Source of the DNA: Flavobacteriales bacterium
GTDB lineage: Bacteria > Bacteroidota > Bacteroidia > Flavobacteriales_F > PHOS-HE28
Reading direction: 5' to 3'
Length of the DNA stretch: 64,000 bases
Assembly: GCA_020635695.1 (NCBI GenBank)
Contig: JACJZH010000007.1
Span: 417-64,416 of the forward strand
This document shows positions 1 through 9,991 of the stretch, piece by piece. A program made the translations under genes and the position numbers. The notes beneath the pieces were generated by a model. The model made no database searches. It saw only the letters and a list, made by a program, of their open reading frames with translations, and was not told where the DNA came from. Every line of letters starts with the position of its first letter. The stretch's first letter is position 1.

Positions 1-960
1 CCGAACGCGGGTACCGACAACGGCGTTCTGCTGTGTTCCTCCGATGCGGCCTTCCTGCCGATCGACAGCCTCTTGGGCACACCGGACGTGGGAGGTACAT
101 GGACCGATCCCAATGGTGCCCCGTTCACCGGGTCCATCGATCCGGCGTCAGCGCTGTCCGGGAACTACACCTACCTGATCCCGGGCAATGCGGCATGCCC
201 TTCCGATCAGGCGGTGCTCACGGTGTCCATTGCCCAGGTGGTGAATGCCGGAACGGATGGCACTATCGCGCTGTGCAGCAATGGACAGCCGCAATCGCTC
301 TTCAGCACGCTGGGAGGTGCTCCCGACGCTGGAGGGACATGGACCGACCCCATGGGCGATCCATTCGCCGATCCCTTGGACCCAGCCACCGCCATGTCCG
401 GAAGCTATGTGTATACCGTCGTGGGAACGGCACCCTGCCCTTCGGACGTGGCGGTCGTGATCGTGGACGTCCTGGCGGCACCGAACGCAGGTGGCGATTC
501 CGCCCTGGTCTTGTGCGAGCTGGACCCCCCGTTGCCCATGCTCTCGGCCCTGGCGGGCGCGCCCGATGCGGGAGGGGTCTGGACCGATCCGGGAGGTGCG
601 GTGTTCACGGGGCCGTTCGATCCGGCCGACGATCAGCCGGGTGAGTACGTCTATTTCCTGGCAGGTCAGGCACCCTGCGCCAACGATCAGGCGGTGGTCT
701 CCTTTGCCGTTTCCAATTCCGTGGAGGCTGGCAGCTCGGGAAGCCTTCTGCTTTGCGGGAACGACGATCCGTTCCAGCTGCTGGATTCCCTTGCCGGCGG
801 GCCTCAGACCAACGGAAGCTGGACGGCGCCGGATGGCTCGCCCTTCAACGGTCAATTCGTGCCGGGAGCCTCCCAGCCGGGCACCTACACCTATACCGTG
901 GTGGCAACGGCCCCCTGTCCGGCGGACGTGGCCGAGCTCGACGTGGACGTCATCCCAGTC
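1..960 (+). repeat. In-frame coding tandem repeat, period 240 bp (80 aa), about 4 copies
   Basis: The PD(V/A)GG(T/V)WTDP motif recurs at about 82, 322, 562 and 802, exactly 240 bp apart. Confidence 0.8.
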
Positions 961-1746
961 CCCGATGCCGGGTTCGAGGTCGTGCTGTCCGGAGGGTGTG
1001 CACCCACGTCCGCCTACTTCACGTCCACCTACTCGGGACCGGGGACCTACACGTGGGACCTGGGCAATGGAACGATCTTCCAAGGCGCACAGCCGGACAC
1101 GGTGATCTACGACCTGCCGGGCAGCTATGACGTTTCCCTGGTGGTGGATGCGGGCAATGGGTGTGGGGCGGACACCTCCGTGATCCCCGGTGCCGTGGAG
1201 GTGCTCGTGCAGCCCACGGCGTCCTTCCTCACGGGATCATCGGTGGTGAACACGACCGATCCCACCGTGGTGTTCATCAACACCTCCCAGGATGCCGCTA
1301 CGTTCGAATGGGACATGTCCGGCCTGGGCACATCGAACGCGGTGAACCCGGTGTTCGTCTTCCCGCAGGACCTGGACGCGACCTACGACGTGTGCCTCAC
1401 GGCCTTCGCCTCGCCGACCTGTCTGGACACCGTGTGCATGCTCATCACCGTGGAACCGGGGCTCACCGTGCACGTGCCCAATGCCTTCAGCCCGGATGGC
1501 GATGGGATCAATGATGGGTTCCTTCCGGTGGTGCTGGGCGTGGACCCGGAAGTGTACCGGTTCGATGTGTTCGACCGCTGGGGCCAACCGCTCTTCACCA
1601 GTGAGCGCCCCGGGGAGGCCTGGGACGGAACGTTCGGAGGAGGTGCGGAGGTGCCTGTCGGCGTGTACGTGTGGAAGCTCGTGCTGCGCGATGCCATGAC
1701 CACCGATCGCATGGAGCGGGTCGGTCATGTGACCCTGGTGCGTTGA
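1..1746 (+). CDS. T9SS type-B-sorted cell-surface repeat protein (5' end lies outside the window)
   Basis: Frame 1 is open from base 1 (PNAGTDNGVLLC... precedes the listed M at 73). It has 80-aa repeats (PDxGGxWTDPxGxPF..GxYxY..CPxDxA) and a PKD-like segment. The C-terminus (VHVPNAFSPDGDGINDGF..FDRWGQPLF..WDG..GVYVWKL) matches the gliding-motility/CHU_C type-B sorting domain. Confidence 0.85.
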   Translation, partial: PNAGTDNGVLLCSSDAAFLPIDSLLGTPDVGGTWTDPNGAPFTGSIDPASALSGNYTYLIPGNAACPSDQAVLTVSIAQVVNAGTDGTIALCSNGQPQSLFSTLGGAPDAGGTWTDPMGDPFADPLDPATAMSGSYVYTVVGTAPCPSDVAVVIVDVLAAPNAGGDSALVLCELDPPLPMLSALAGAPDAGGVWTDPGGAVFTGPFDPADDQPGEYVYFLAGQAPCANDQAVVSFAVSNSVEAGSSGSLLLCGNDDPFQLLDSLAGGPQTNGSWTAPDGSPFNGQFVPGASQPGTYTYTVVATAPCPADVAELDVDVIPVPDAGFEVVLSGGCAPTSAYFTSTYSGPGTYTWDLGNGTIFQGAQPDTVIYDLPGSYDVSLVVDAGNGCGADTSVIPGAVEVLVQPTASFLTGSSVVNTTDPTVVFINTSQDAATFEWDMSGLGTSNAVNPVFVFPQDLDATYDVCLTAFASPTCLDTVCMLITVEPGLTVHVPNAFSPDGDGINDGFLPVVLGVDPEVYRFDVFDRWGQPLFTSERPGEAWDGTFGGGAEVPVGVYVWKLVLRDAMTTDRMERVGHVTLVR

Positions 1747-1768
1747 GCACCCTCGCCGGCCATCCGGC

Positions 1769-1776
1769 TATCTTTG
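1769..1776 (+). promoter_or_regulatory. Bacteroidota -7 promoter box TATCTTTG
   Basis: Exact TAnnTTTG. The same 14-mer CCGGCTATCTTTGG recurs at 9975-9988. It overlaps the TTG at 1774, which argues for the downstream GTG start at 1795. Confidence 0.45.
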
Positions 1777-1794
1777 GGCCCCTTCCCGCTGAAC

Positions 1795-2508
1795 GTGCCG
1801 GAACGCCTGGTCATCATCCCCACCTACGACGAACGGGAGAACATCGAGACGGTGCTCGGCCGGGTGTTCGCGCTCGATCCCCCCTTCGATGTCCTGGTGG
1901 TCGACGACGGTTCGCCGGACGGCACGGCGGGCATCGTGAAGGACCTGCAGGCCCGTTGGCCGGGCCGTCTTCACTTGTTGGAGCGCCAAGGGAAGCAAGG
2001 GCTGGGTACCGCCTACATCGCCGGGTTCAAGTGGGCGCTGCAGCGCGAGTACGCATTCATCTTCGAGATGGACGCCGACCTGAGCCACGATCCGGACGAC
2101 CTGCTGCGGCTGTACCAGGCCTGTGCCGAAGGTGCGGACATGAGCGTGGGGTCGCGTTACGTGAAGGGGGGACAGGTGAAGGACTGGTCCTGGGACCGCG
2201 TCCTGATCAGCTACTTCGCTTCCCTGTACGTGCGCATCGTGCTCTGGCTCGGTGTGCGCGACACCACCGCAGGTTTCGTCTGTTATCGGCGGAAGGTGTT
2301 GGAGACCATCGACCTGGACGATGTGCGGTTCATCGGCTATGCCTTCCAGATCGAGATGAAGTACCGCACGAAGCTGCACGGCTTCTCCATCCGGGAGGTG
2401 CCGATCACCTTCGTGGACCGGGTGAAGGGCCGTTCCAAGATGAGCATGAACATCTTCCAGGAGGCCTTCTGGGGCGTGTTGAAGATGCGATCGATCGTCC
2501 GGGCATGA
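1795..2508 (+). CDS. GT2 polyprenol-phosphate mannosyl/glycosyltransferase (Dpm1-like)
   Basis: LVIIPTYDERENIE..VVDDGSPDGT..DADLSHDP motifs. The listed ORF starts at TTG 1774; I prefer the in-frame GTG at 1795 because of the promoter box. Confidence 0.85.
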   Translation: MPERLVIIPTYDERENIETVLGRVFALDPPFDVLVVDDGSPDGTAGIVKDLQARWPGRLHLLERQGKQGLGTAYIAGFKWALQREYAFIFEMDADLSHDPDDLLRLYQACAEGADMSVGSRYVKGGQVKDWSWDRVLISYFASLYVRIVLWLGVRDTTAGFVCYRRKVLETIDLDDVRFIGYAFQIEMKYRTKLHGFSIREVPITFVDRVKGRSKMSMNIFQEAFWGVLKMRSIVRA

Positions 2509-2879
2509 CCGCGCATTCCGTCCGGCCGTTCAGGATGCTGGCCGCCGTGCTCGCATTGGTCGTGTGGGTCTCCTGTGGCGGGACCGATGAGCCGCCCCCG
2601 GACATCCTGCCGCGCGACCGGTTCACCGAGGTGCTGCTGCAGGCCCAGTTGATCGAGGCCAGGATGAACCACGAACTGGTGATCGAACAGCGCACCGACA
2701 GCCCGATCGAGGCCTATTACGAGGCGATGTTCAAGGAGCAGGACGTCACCCGCGAGCAGTTCGAACGCACGTTCCGGTGGTACAGCGAACACCCTGAGCG
2801 GTTGAAGGCGGTCTACGAGGACGTGCTCACCGAACTCAGCAGGCGCAAGGAGGAGGTCATCCACCAGGACGCCCCCTGA
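2505..2879 (+). CDS. DUF4296-like small lipoprotein
   Basis: ATG at 2505 overlaps the upstream stop (ATGA). Signal peptide plus lipobox (VVWVSCGG). The EVLLQAQLIEAR..YYEAMFKEQDVTREQFERTFRWY pattern is typical of DUF4296. Confidence 0.7.
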   Translation: MTAHSVRPFRMLAAVLALVVWVSCGGTDEPPPDILPRDRFTEVLLQAQLIEARMNHELVIEQRTDSPIEAYYEAMFKEQDVTREQFERTFRWYSEHPERLKAVYEDVLTELSRRKEEVIHQDAP

Positions 2880-3861
2880 ACGCGGCCACGTTCGCCACGG
2901 CCTCGCCGGCGCTGCGAAATCGCATGCCCAGCTCCGCTTCCACACGCCCTGCGGACCACGACCGCCGGGCCAGTGAACTGCGTACCGTGTGGCGCGTGAC
3001 CAGCGTACGCCCCCCCAGGAACGGACCCAGCAGGGTGCTCGCCGAGGCCGCCGCACGCAGCATCCAGGGGCGCAGGGCGAACCCAGGCGCAGGATGGCCG
3101 AACGAGGTCGCCAGCTTGCCGAACAGTTCCCGGTAGCTCAGGTTCTCACCGATCAGCAGGTAGCGCCCAGTGATGGCACGCTTGTCGGCCAGTTCCACCA
3201 GGGCATGGGCCACATCGCGGGCGTCCACCACCGCGTTCGATCCCGGCGGATAGTACCGCGAACCGCGCGCCAGGCGGTCCACCAGGCCCATGCTGCTGCG
3301 GCCGCCACGCCCGGGGCCCAGCACGATGCAGGGGTTGGCGATCACCGCTTCCAGGCCCTCGGCACGTCCCCGTTCCACCTCCAGCTCGGCCGCCCACTTG
3401 CTGTCCGCATAGGGTGAATGGGAGCCACCCGGATCGAAGGCATCGTCCTCCGTGGCGGGCCTTCCCGAAAGGACCTCACCGATGGCCGCCGTGGAACTGA
3501 CATGCACGAGCAGCTTCACGTGGGTGCGCAGGGCGGCGTTCACCACGTTGGCCGTGCCCTTGCGGTTCACGCGGTCCAGCTTGCGCGTATCGCCGGGGTT
3601 GAAGCTCACCTCCGCGGCCGCATGGAACACCCGCTCCACACCGTCCATGGCCTCCTCCAGGGAAAGCACGTCCAGCAGGTCGCCTTCCACCCACTGGATC
3701 CGTTCCAACAACGCTTCATCGCCATAGTGTGCGAACACGCGCCCCACGATGGAGGTGTCGCTCCCCGCCCGCGCCAGCGCCCGTACCGGACGCCCGCGAT
3801 GCAGCAGTTCGCGCAGCAGATGCACGCCCACGATCCCCGTACCGCCCGTCACCAGGTCCAT
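2857..3861 (-). CDS. NAD-dependent epimerase/dehydratase family (SDR) protein
   Basis: N-terminal Rossmann motif [16 protein letters not shown] from the internal ATG at 3861, and a YADSK catalytic-type motif. Confidence 0.8.
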   Translation of the reverse strand: MDLVTGGTGIVGVHLLRELLHRGRPVRALARAGSDTSIVGRVFAHYGDEALLERIQWVEGDLLDVLSLEEAMDGVERVFHAAAEVSFNPGDTRKLDRVNRKGTANVVNAALRTHVKLLVHVSSTAAIGEVLSGRPATEDDAFDPGGSHSPYADSKWAAELEVERGRAEGLEAVIANPCIVLGPGRGGRSSMGLVDRLARGSRYYPPGSNAVVDARDVAHALVELADKRAITGRYLLIGENLSYRELFGKLATSFGHPAPGFALRPWMLRAAASASTLLGPFLGGRTLVTRHTVRSSLARRSWSAGRVEAELGMRFRSAGEAVANVAAFRGRPGG

Positions 3862-3927
3862 GCCGACGCAAGGTAGGCGCACCGCCCTTCTGCGTTCCAA
3901 CCTCCAACCTCCAACACCTCCCCCCTC

Positions 3928-3935
3928 TATCTTCG
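3928..3935 (+). promoter_or_regulatory. -7 box variant TATCTTCG upstream of tyrS
   Basis: TAnnTTCG lies 10 nt before the ATG at 3945. Confidence 0.35.
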
Positions 3936-3944
3936 CGCCACGCC

Positions 3945-5225
3945 ATGAAGGACTACATCGCGGAACTGCGCTGGCGCGGCATGCTGCAGGACCACACGCC
4001 CGGCGTGGAGGACCTGCTGAAGGGCGGACCCGTGAGCGGCTACGTGGGCTTCGACCCCACCGCCGACTCGTTGCACGTGGGCAACCTCGTGCCCATCATG
4101 CTGCTGGTGCATTTCCAGCGCTGCGGGCACCGCCCCGTGGCCCTCGTGGGCGGCGCCACCGGTATGGTGGGCGATCCCAGCGGCAAGAGCGCCGAACGCA
4201 ACCTGCTCAGCGAGGAGGTGCTCGCCCACAACGTGGCCTGCATCCGCGCCCAGCTGGAACGCTTCCTGGACTTCGGGGACAGCACCACCGGTGCCCGCCT
4301 GGTGAACAACTACGACTGGTTCAAGGACATGGGCTTCCTGCGCTTCATCCGCGACGTGGGCAAGCACATCACCGTGAACTACATGATGGCCAAGGACTCC
4401 GTGAAGAACCGCCTGGAGACGGGAATCTCCTTCACCGAGTTCAGCTACCAGCTGGTGCAGGGCTATGACTTCCAGTACCTGTACACCCACATGGACGTGA
4501 AGCTGCAGCTGGGCGGCAGCGACCAGTGGGGCAACATCACCACCGGCACCGAGCTGATCCGCCGCATGGACGGGGGCGAGGCGCACGCCATCACCACGCC
4601 GCTGCTCACCAAGGCCGACGGCAGCAAGTTCGGCAAGAGCGAAGGCGGCAACGTGTGGCTGGACAAGGCCCGCACCTCGCCCTACCGCTTCTACCAGTTC
4701 TGGCTGAACGCCAGCGACGACGACGCGGCCCGCTTCCTGAAGATCTTCACCACCCGCGACCAGCAGGAGGTGGAGGCGCTGATCGCCGAGCACGCGAAGG
4801 CCCCGCACCAGCGGTTGCTGCAGAAGGAGTTCGCCGCGGACGTGACCACGCGGGTGCATGGCAGGGAGGAACTGGAGGCTGCGCTGCAGGCGAGCGAGAT
4901 CCTCTTCGGCAAGGCCACAGCGGAGTCCCTGGCCGCACTGAGCGAACAACAATGGCTCGATGTGTTCGAGGGCGTGCCGCAGGCCGCTGTGTCCCGGGAC
5001 GTGCTCTCGGCCGGTGTACCCATCGTGGACCTGCTCACCGAACATGGCGGCTTCCTGGCCAGCAAGGGCGAGGCCCGCCGTGCGCTGAAGGAGAACAGCA
5101 TCGCGGTGAACAAGGAGAAGGCGGGCGAGGAACGCACCATCGGCACCGACGACCTGCTCGGCGGCAAGTTCATCCTGCTCCAGCGCGGGAAGAAGAACTA
5201 TTTCCTGGTGAAGGTGGAGGGCTAG
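3945..5225 (+). CDS. tyrS: Tyrosine--tRNA ligase
   Basis: [16 protein letters not shown].., the HVGN (HIGH-type) and KFGKSEG (KMSKS-type) motifs, and a C-terminal S4-like domain. Confidence 0.95.
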   Translation: MKDYIAELRWRGMLQDHTPGVEDLLKGGPVSGYVGFDPTADSLHVGNLVPIMLLVHFQRCGHRPVALVGGATGMVGDPSGKSAERNLLSEEVLAHNVACIRAQLERFLDFGDSTTGARLVNNYDWFKDMGFLRFIRDVGKHITVNYMMAKDSVKNRLETGISFTEFSYQLVQGYDFQYLYTHMDVKLQLGGSDQWGNITTGTELIRRMDGGEAHAITTPLLTKADGSKFGKSEGGNVWLDKARTSPYRFYQFWLNASDDDAARFLKIFTTRDQQEVEALIAEHAKAPHQRLLQKEFAADVTTRVHGREELEAALQASEILFGKATAESLAALSEQQWLDVFEGVPQAAVSRDVLSAGVPIVDLLTEHGGFLASKGEARRALKENSIAVNKEKAGEERTIGTDDLLGGKFILLQRGKKNYFLVKVEG

Positions 5226-5234
5226 GCCACCGGC

Positions 5235-6621
5235 CTACTCCTTCGCGAAGCGCGCCCGCCCCACCGTATACCCTTGGTCGTCCAGGAAGATCAGGGTGTA
5301 CAGCCCGGCGGGCAGGTGGCCCACCGCGATCCGGGGCTGCGGCAGGTCCTGGGCCAGCACCAGGCGCCCGGTGGCGTCGTAGGCCCGCAGTTGCTGCCAG
5401 GCACCACCCGCCTGCACGGTCAGGTGGCCGGTGGCGGGGTTCGGGCTCACGGTCCAGGTCTCCGAGCCGGCGCCCAGTGCGGGCACCCGCGAGGCCACCG
5501 TGTAGCAGGTGTCCATGGGAGCGTCCAGGGGCCATTTGATGATGTACTTCACCACGGGCCCGCCCGCCGTGCCGTACAAAGTGTGACCGGCGCTGGCATA
5601 CATCGTGTCGGCGGAAACTGTCATATTACCCCGGATCACCGGTGCACATTGGGTCCTCCGAAGAGGCATACGCTGGAACCATCATAGACCCCATATCCGT
5701 ACATCCCGTCCGGCCGACCGGCGTTGAAGAAGCCGCAGAAATACAGCTTGCCGTTGGCCACGTCCAGGTCGCCGCCTTGGCGACCGGGAAGATGTCGGGG
5801 AACATGTTGTGCCACTGGCTGCCATCCCAGGCCATGATGCCACTGGCGGCATTGCCCCACCATTCATAGAACTCACCGGTCACCCAGAGGAGGCCATCGT
5901 ACACCACCATCTCGTTCACCCAGGGGTCGCCCAGCAGGCCGGGACCCAGGGCCTCCCAGCCGTTGGGCCCCTGCCGGGCCAGATCGTTCACCCCGTTGCT
6001 GGTGTTGAAGTTGCCGGCCACGTACAGGTCGCCCTGGTAGCGCACGGCCTTGGCGGTGTTGAAGCCGAACTCCTCGGTGGTGTCCACCTGCTGCCAGGTG
6101 GTGCCGTCGTATACCGCCCAGTTGCTGATGGGTTGGCCGTCAACGGTATTGAACGCGCCGTGTAGATGGAGTTGACCATCGACCACCGAGCTGCCCCAGA
6201 AATTGCCGAGGGTCGTATCCGAAGCAGCGGGCGACCCATTGGTCGTTCTCCCACTTGGCGAAACCTCTGGTATGTGGCACGCCCGACATGCTCCAAAATC
6301 ACCCACTACCACAAAGCCGCTGTCGTAGGGAATGATGTCCTTGGCTGGAGGTCTGCCCAGTTGGGAACCCGTTCACGGATGATCGGCTCCCCCCCATGGG
6401 CCATACCATTGGCCATTGTACCAATAGGCCGTGTTGTGGATCGAAGACGTTGCCAGGCATCGCCCACTGGGAAGCCCCACCACGTATAACCGGCCGCTCG
6501 TGGAGTCGTAGTGCAGGTCACGGACAAGCCCTGTCCAGCCGTCCCCAACGGTTTCCCACTGGGCACAAAGCCCGTGCGAAGTGAAGCCCAGGACCATCAG
6601 GAAATATGCGCGACAATCCAT
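5235..6621 (-). pseudogene. Disrupted T9SS type-A-sorted beta-propeller (Kelch-like) secreted protein
   Basis: Signal peptide at 6621 (MDCRAYFLMVLGFTSHGLCAQ). Repeated YDG..W / GNFN propeller-like motifs. C-terminal TVSPNPATGHLTV..LPAGLYTLIF sorting domain. The reading frame needs an in-frame TGA at 6373-6375 to be ignored, plus frame changes near 5787-5790 and 5640-5665. Confidence 0.65.
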
Positions 6622-6642
6622 GCCTCCAACTAAGATACCGGA

Positions 6643-7648
6643 TCACGCCACCATCAGGTTGCACCCCCTCAGGTCGCTGTGGTCGAAGCGGCCCAGCACC
6701 TCGAAACGGCCATCGGGAAGCAGCCGGCCCAGGTCCTGGGTGCTGACGAAGGGGCAGCTGGCCGCGTTGCACAGGTCGATGATGTCGATGCCGCCGGTGC
6801 GGCCGGGGCCCAGCCGCGCGAAGGGGTCGTTCGGTTCGCGCAGCATCACGCGCATCCAGGGGGGGCACTGGAACACACCCGCGCCGGTGCTCCAGGCCTG
6901 GGACAGCAGCTCGGTCATGCCGTACTCGGAATGCACGGCGTCCACCTGGAAGGCCTCCTTCAGCAGGGTGTGCACTTCCTCGCGCACCAGCTCGGCCGCG
7001 CCGCCCCTTCATGCCGCCGGTCTCCATGACCAGGGTGTCGCGCAGGGGCATCGGATGGCGTTCGGCCAGGTCCAGCAGGGCGAAGGTGACGCCGAGCAGC
7101 AGGGTGCGCCGTCCGCCGGTCGCGGGGCGTTGCAGCAATTCCGCCAGCCCGTCCAGGTCGTGCAGCCAGGTGCCGCTCTCCGGATCGCCGCTGGCCTGGA
7201 TCAGCCGTTCGGCCATGTACACCAGCGAGCTGTCCGGCCGCTCCAGGTAGGCGGGGAGCAGCGCCAGCACCCGGTAGCCTTCCACCGGCCCGTACACGGC
7301 CTCGAAGGAGGTGCGGAACGAGCGTTCGTACACCTCCGGGAAGGGCACATGGTGGGTGCTGGTCACCGTTCCCGTGGTGCCGCTGCTGGCGAAGCGCAAG
7401 TCGGCCTCCAGCCCTTCCAGCAGCACCCGGTGCGTGCGGAACAGGCCGATGGGCAGGAAGGGGATGTCCTCGACCGTCCTGATCGCCGCCGGATCGCGGC
7501 GCAGGGCCTGCAGGTAGGCGCGGTAGACCGGGTTCCTTTCCGCGTGCAGATGAAATAGGTCCATCGCCAGCGCGTTGAAGTCCTGGTCGCCCCGCACCGC
7601 GAAGGGCCGTTCCAGGAAGGAGGCTGGCAGGGTGGAAGGACGGGTCAT
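6643..7648 (-). CDS. LuxE/acyl-protein-synthetase-like acyltransferase (frameshifted as sequenced, near 6995-7005)
   Basis: FASSGTTG..VMETGGMKGRR is followed in another frame by ELVREEVHTLLKEAF..SEYGMTELLSQ. The two ORF pieces (6518..7885 part and 6643..6987) join if one base is removed. Confidence 0.7.
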
Positions 7649-7664
7649 GCGCGGCGCGGTGGCG

Positions 7665-7672
7665 TACCTTTG
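7665..7672 (+). promoter_or_regulatory. -7 box TACCTTTG
   Basis: Exact TAnnTTTG, 8 nt before the ATG at 7680. Confidence 0.45.
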
Positions 7673-7679
7673 AAGGGCG

Positions 7680-8180
7680 ATGGAACGCAGGAGACTCCCG
7701 TGGGCCAAGTTAACGGCGGCGCTGCTGGCGCTGGCCGTGGTGTTCCCCGCGTGCCTGAAGACGGACGAGTTCCCCGTGGAGCCCAACATCACCTTCAAGA
7801 GCCTGGAGGTCTTCGGCGATTCGGCCTCGCTCACGGTCTCCTTCACCGACGGCGACGGGGACATCGGCCTGGCCCCGGGCGACACCTTCCCGCCCTACGA
7901 CACGCTGCCCTACTCCTTCAACCTGTTCGTGGAGTACGAGGAGCTGCAGAACGGCGTCTGGACCCAGGTGGACCTGCTGCTGCCGCTGTACTACCGCATC
8001 CCGGTGATCACGCCCACGGGGCAGAACAAGACCCTGGAGGGCGACCTGTCGGTGGCGTTGAAGCCCTTCCCGACGGTGATCGGCGGGGCCTACGATACGG
8101 TGCGCTACAGCGTGAAGTTGGTGGACCGCGCGTTGCACGAGAGCAATGTGGTGCGGTCGGACGCCCTGGTGCTGGACTAG
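7680..8180 (+). CDS. Hypothetical lipoprotein
   Basis: Signal peptide with lipobox (LALAVVFPAC). No recognisable domain. The coding-like ORF is tightly placed between its neighbours. Confidence 0.6.
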   Translation: MERRRLPWAKLTAALLALAVVFPACLKTDEFPVEPNITFKSLEVFGDSASLTVSFTDGDGDIGLAPGDTFPPYDTLPYSFNLFVEYEELQNGVWTQVDLLLPLYYRIPVITPTGQNKTLEGDLSVALKPFPTVIGGAYDTVRYSVKLVDRALHESNVVRSDALVLD

Positions 8181-9863
8181 ATCTCGCCGGCGAGCGCTTC
8201 GGACACGTTGATCAGGTGGTCGCCCACCTTCTCGCAGCTGGAGAAGAGGTCGCTGTAGATCAGTCCGCTCTTCACGTTGTAGCTGCCGGTCTCCACGCTC
8301 TTCAGGTGGGCGCGCCGGAGCTTGTCCCGCCGGCGGTTGATGCGCTGTTCCACCTCCACGGCAGCGTCCAGGGAGAGCTTCTCCGCGTCGCCGTCCAGGT
8401 TCCGCAGCATCACGGCGAAGGCCTCGTCCAGCAGGTCCATCATGCCCAGCAGGTTCTCGCGCTGTTCGGGGCTGAACCAGAGCCGGTCGGCCATCTTGCG
8501 TTCCAGCTGCTTGCTCATCTGGAAGAAGATGTCACCCACGCGCTCCAGGTCGCCGATGATGGCCAGCAGCCCGCGGATGCGCGCGCTCACCTCCTCGTTG
8601 CGCGCCTCGGTGGCCGTCTTGGTCAGGTAGGCGCCCACCTCCACCTCGATGCGGTCGGTGATCTCCTCGTACTTCTTCAGCTTGTCCAGCAGCATGTTGC
8701 GCTGACCGGCATCGGTCTGCACCAGCAGGTTGCGCAGGTAGCCGAGCATCTTGTGGGTGATGCGGCCGAACTTGGCGATCTCCTTGCGCGCCTCGAGCAG
8801 CGAGACCTCCGGACTGAGCGGGATGTCGGTGTCGATGTATTCCAGTCGGAACTCCTCGTCGGCCTTCTCGCGGCTGGGCACCATCCAGGTGACCACCTTC
8901 ACCAGGAAGGGGATGAAGCCGATGAAGAGCAGGGTGTTCGCCAGGTTGAAGCCGATGTGCAGGTAGGTGAGCGCCCACTTCACGGCGGCGGGATCATCGT
9001 ACGGGGAAGCACCGGTGGTGCGGGTCACGATGCCGTCCAGCAGGCCCAGCACCGGGTGGAAGAGCAGCAGCATCCACGCCACGCCGAAGACGTTGAAGAC
9101 CAGGTGCGAGCGGGCCGCCCGCTTGGCCCAGACGTTGCCCACCAGCGAGGCGATGTTGGCGGTGATGGTGGTGCCGATGTTCTCGCCCAGCACGATGGCC
9201 GCGGCCATGTCGTAGCCGATGGTGCCCTTTTCGCACAGGACCAGCGTGAGCGCCATGGCCGCGCTGGAGCTCTGCACCACCACGGTGAGGAAGATGCCGA
9301 TGATGACGAACAGGACCACCGACAGCAGGCCCATGTCGCCCATGCCGCCCAGGAACGCCAGCGCTTCGGGCGAGGGCGGGGGGCACCGCGAACTTCAGGT
9401 AGTCGAGGCCCAGGAACAGCAGCCCGAAGCCGATGAGGAACTCCGAGAAGGCCTTCGCGCGCGCGTTGCGCATGAACAGCAGGGGGAAGGCCAGTCCGAT
9501 GATGGGCACCGAGAGGTCGGCGATGCGGAACTCGGCCGCCACCGAGGCGCTGATCAGCACCATCTTCACCGTGGTGCCGATGTTGGCGCCCATGATGGTG
9601 CTGATGGCCTGGCGCAGGTTCAGCAGGCCGGCGTTCACGAAGCTCACCACCATCACCGTGGTGGCCGAGGAGCTCTGCACGATGGCCGTGGCGCTGAAGC
9701 CGGTGAACACGCCCAGGAAGCGGTTGCGCGTCATGGCCTTCAGCGCATCCTGCATGCGGCCGCCGGCCACCTTCTGGAGGCCCTCGCTCATGACCTTCAT
9801 CCCGTAGATGAAGAGCCCGAGCGAGCCCACGAGCATCAGGAATTCGACGATACCGAATCGCAT
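8177..9863 (-). CDS. Na/Pi cotransporter family protein with PhoU-like C-terminal domain (frameshifted near 9377-9383)
   Basis: Two Na/Pi repeats (QSSSATTVMVVSFVNAG; QSSSAAMALTLVL..GENIGTT) plus a helical PhoU-like tail. ORFs 8994..9911 and 8177..9343 join across a G/C homopolymer. Confidence 0.85.
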
Positions 9864-9978
9864 GGCAGCGGAACGACCGGCAAAGGTCCGTGAAAAGCGG
9901 CCACCGGCCAAGTGCCGCCCTCGTTGTTAACCCCGCGTTAATTCGGCGTTCCATCCGGACCGGCGCACCAGGCCCGGC

Positions 9979-9986
9979 TATCTTTG
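9979..9986 (+). promoter_or_regulatory. -7 box TATCTTTG
   Basis: Exact TAnnTTTG, 6 nt before the ATG at 9992. Confidence 0.45.
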
Positions 9987-9991
9987 GCCGG

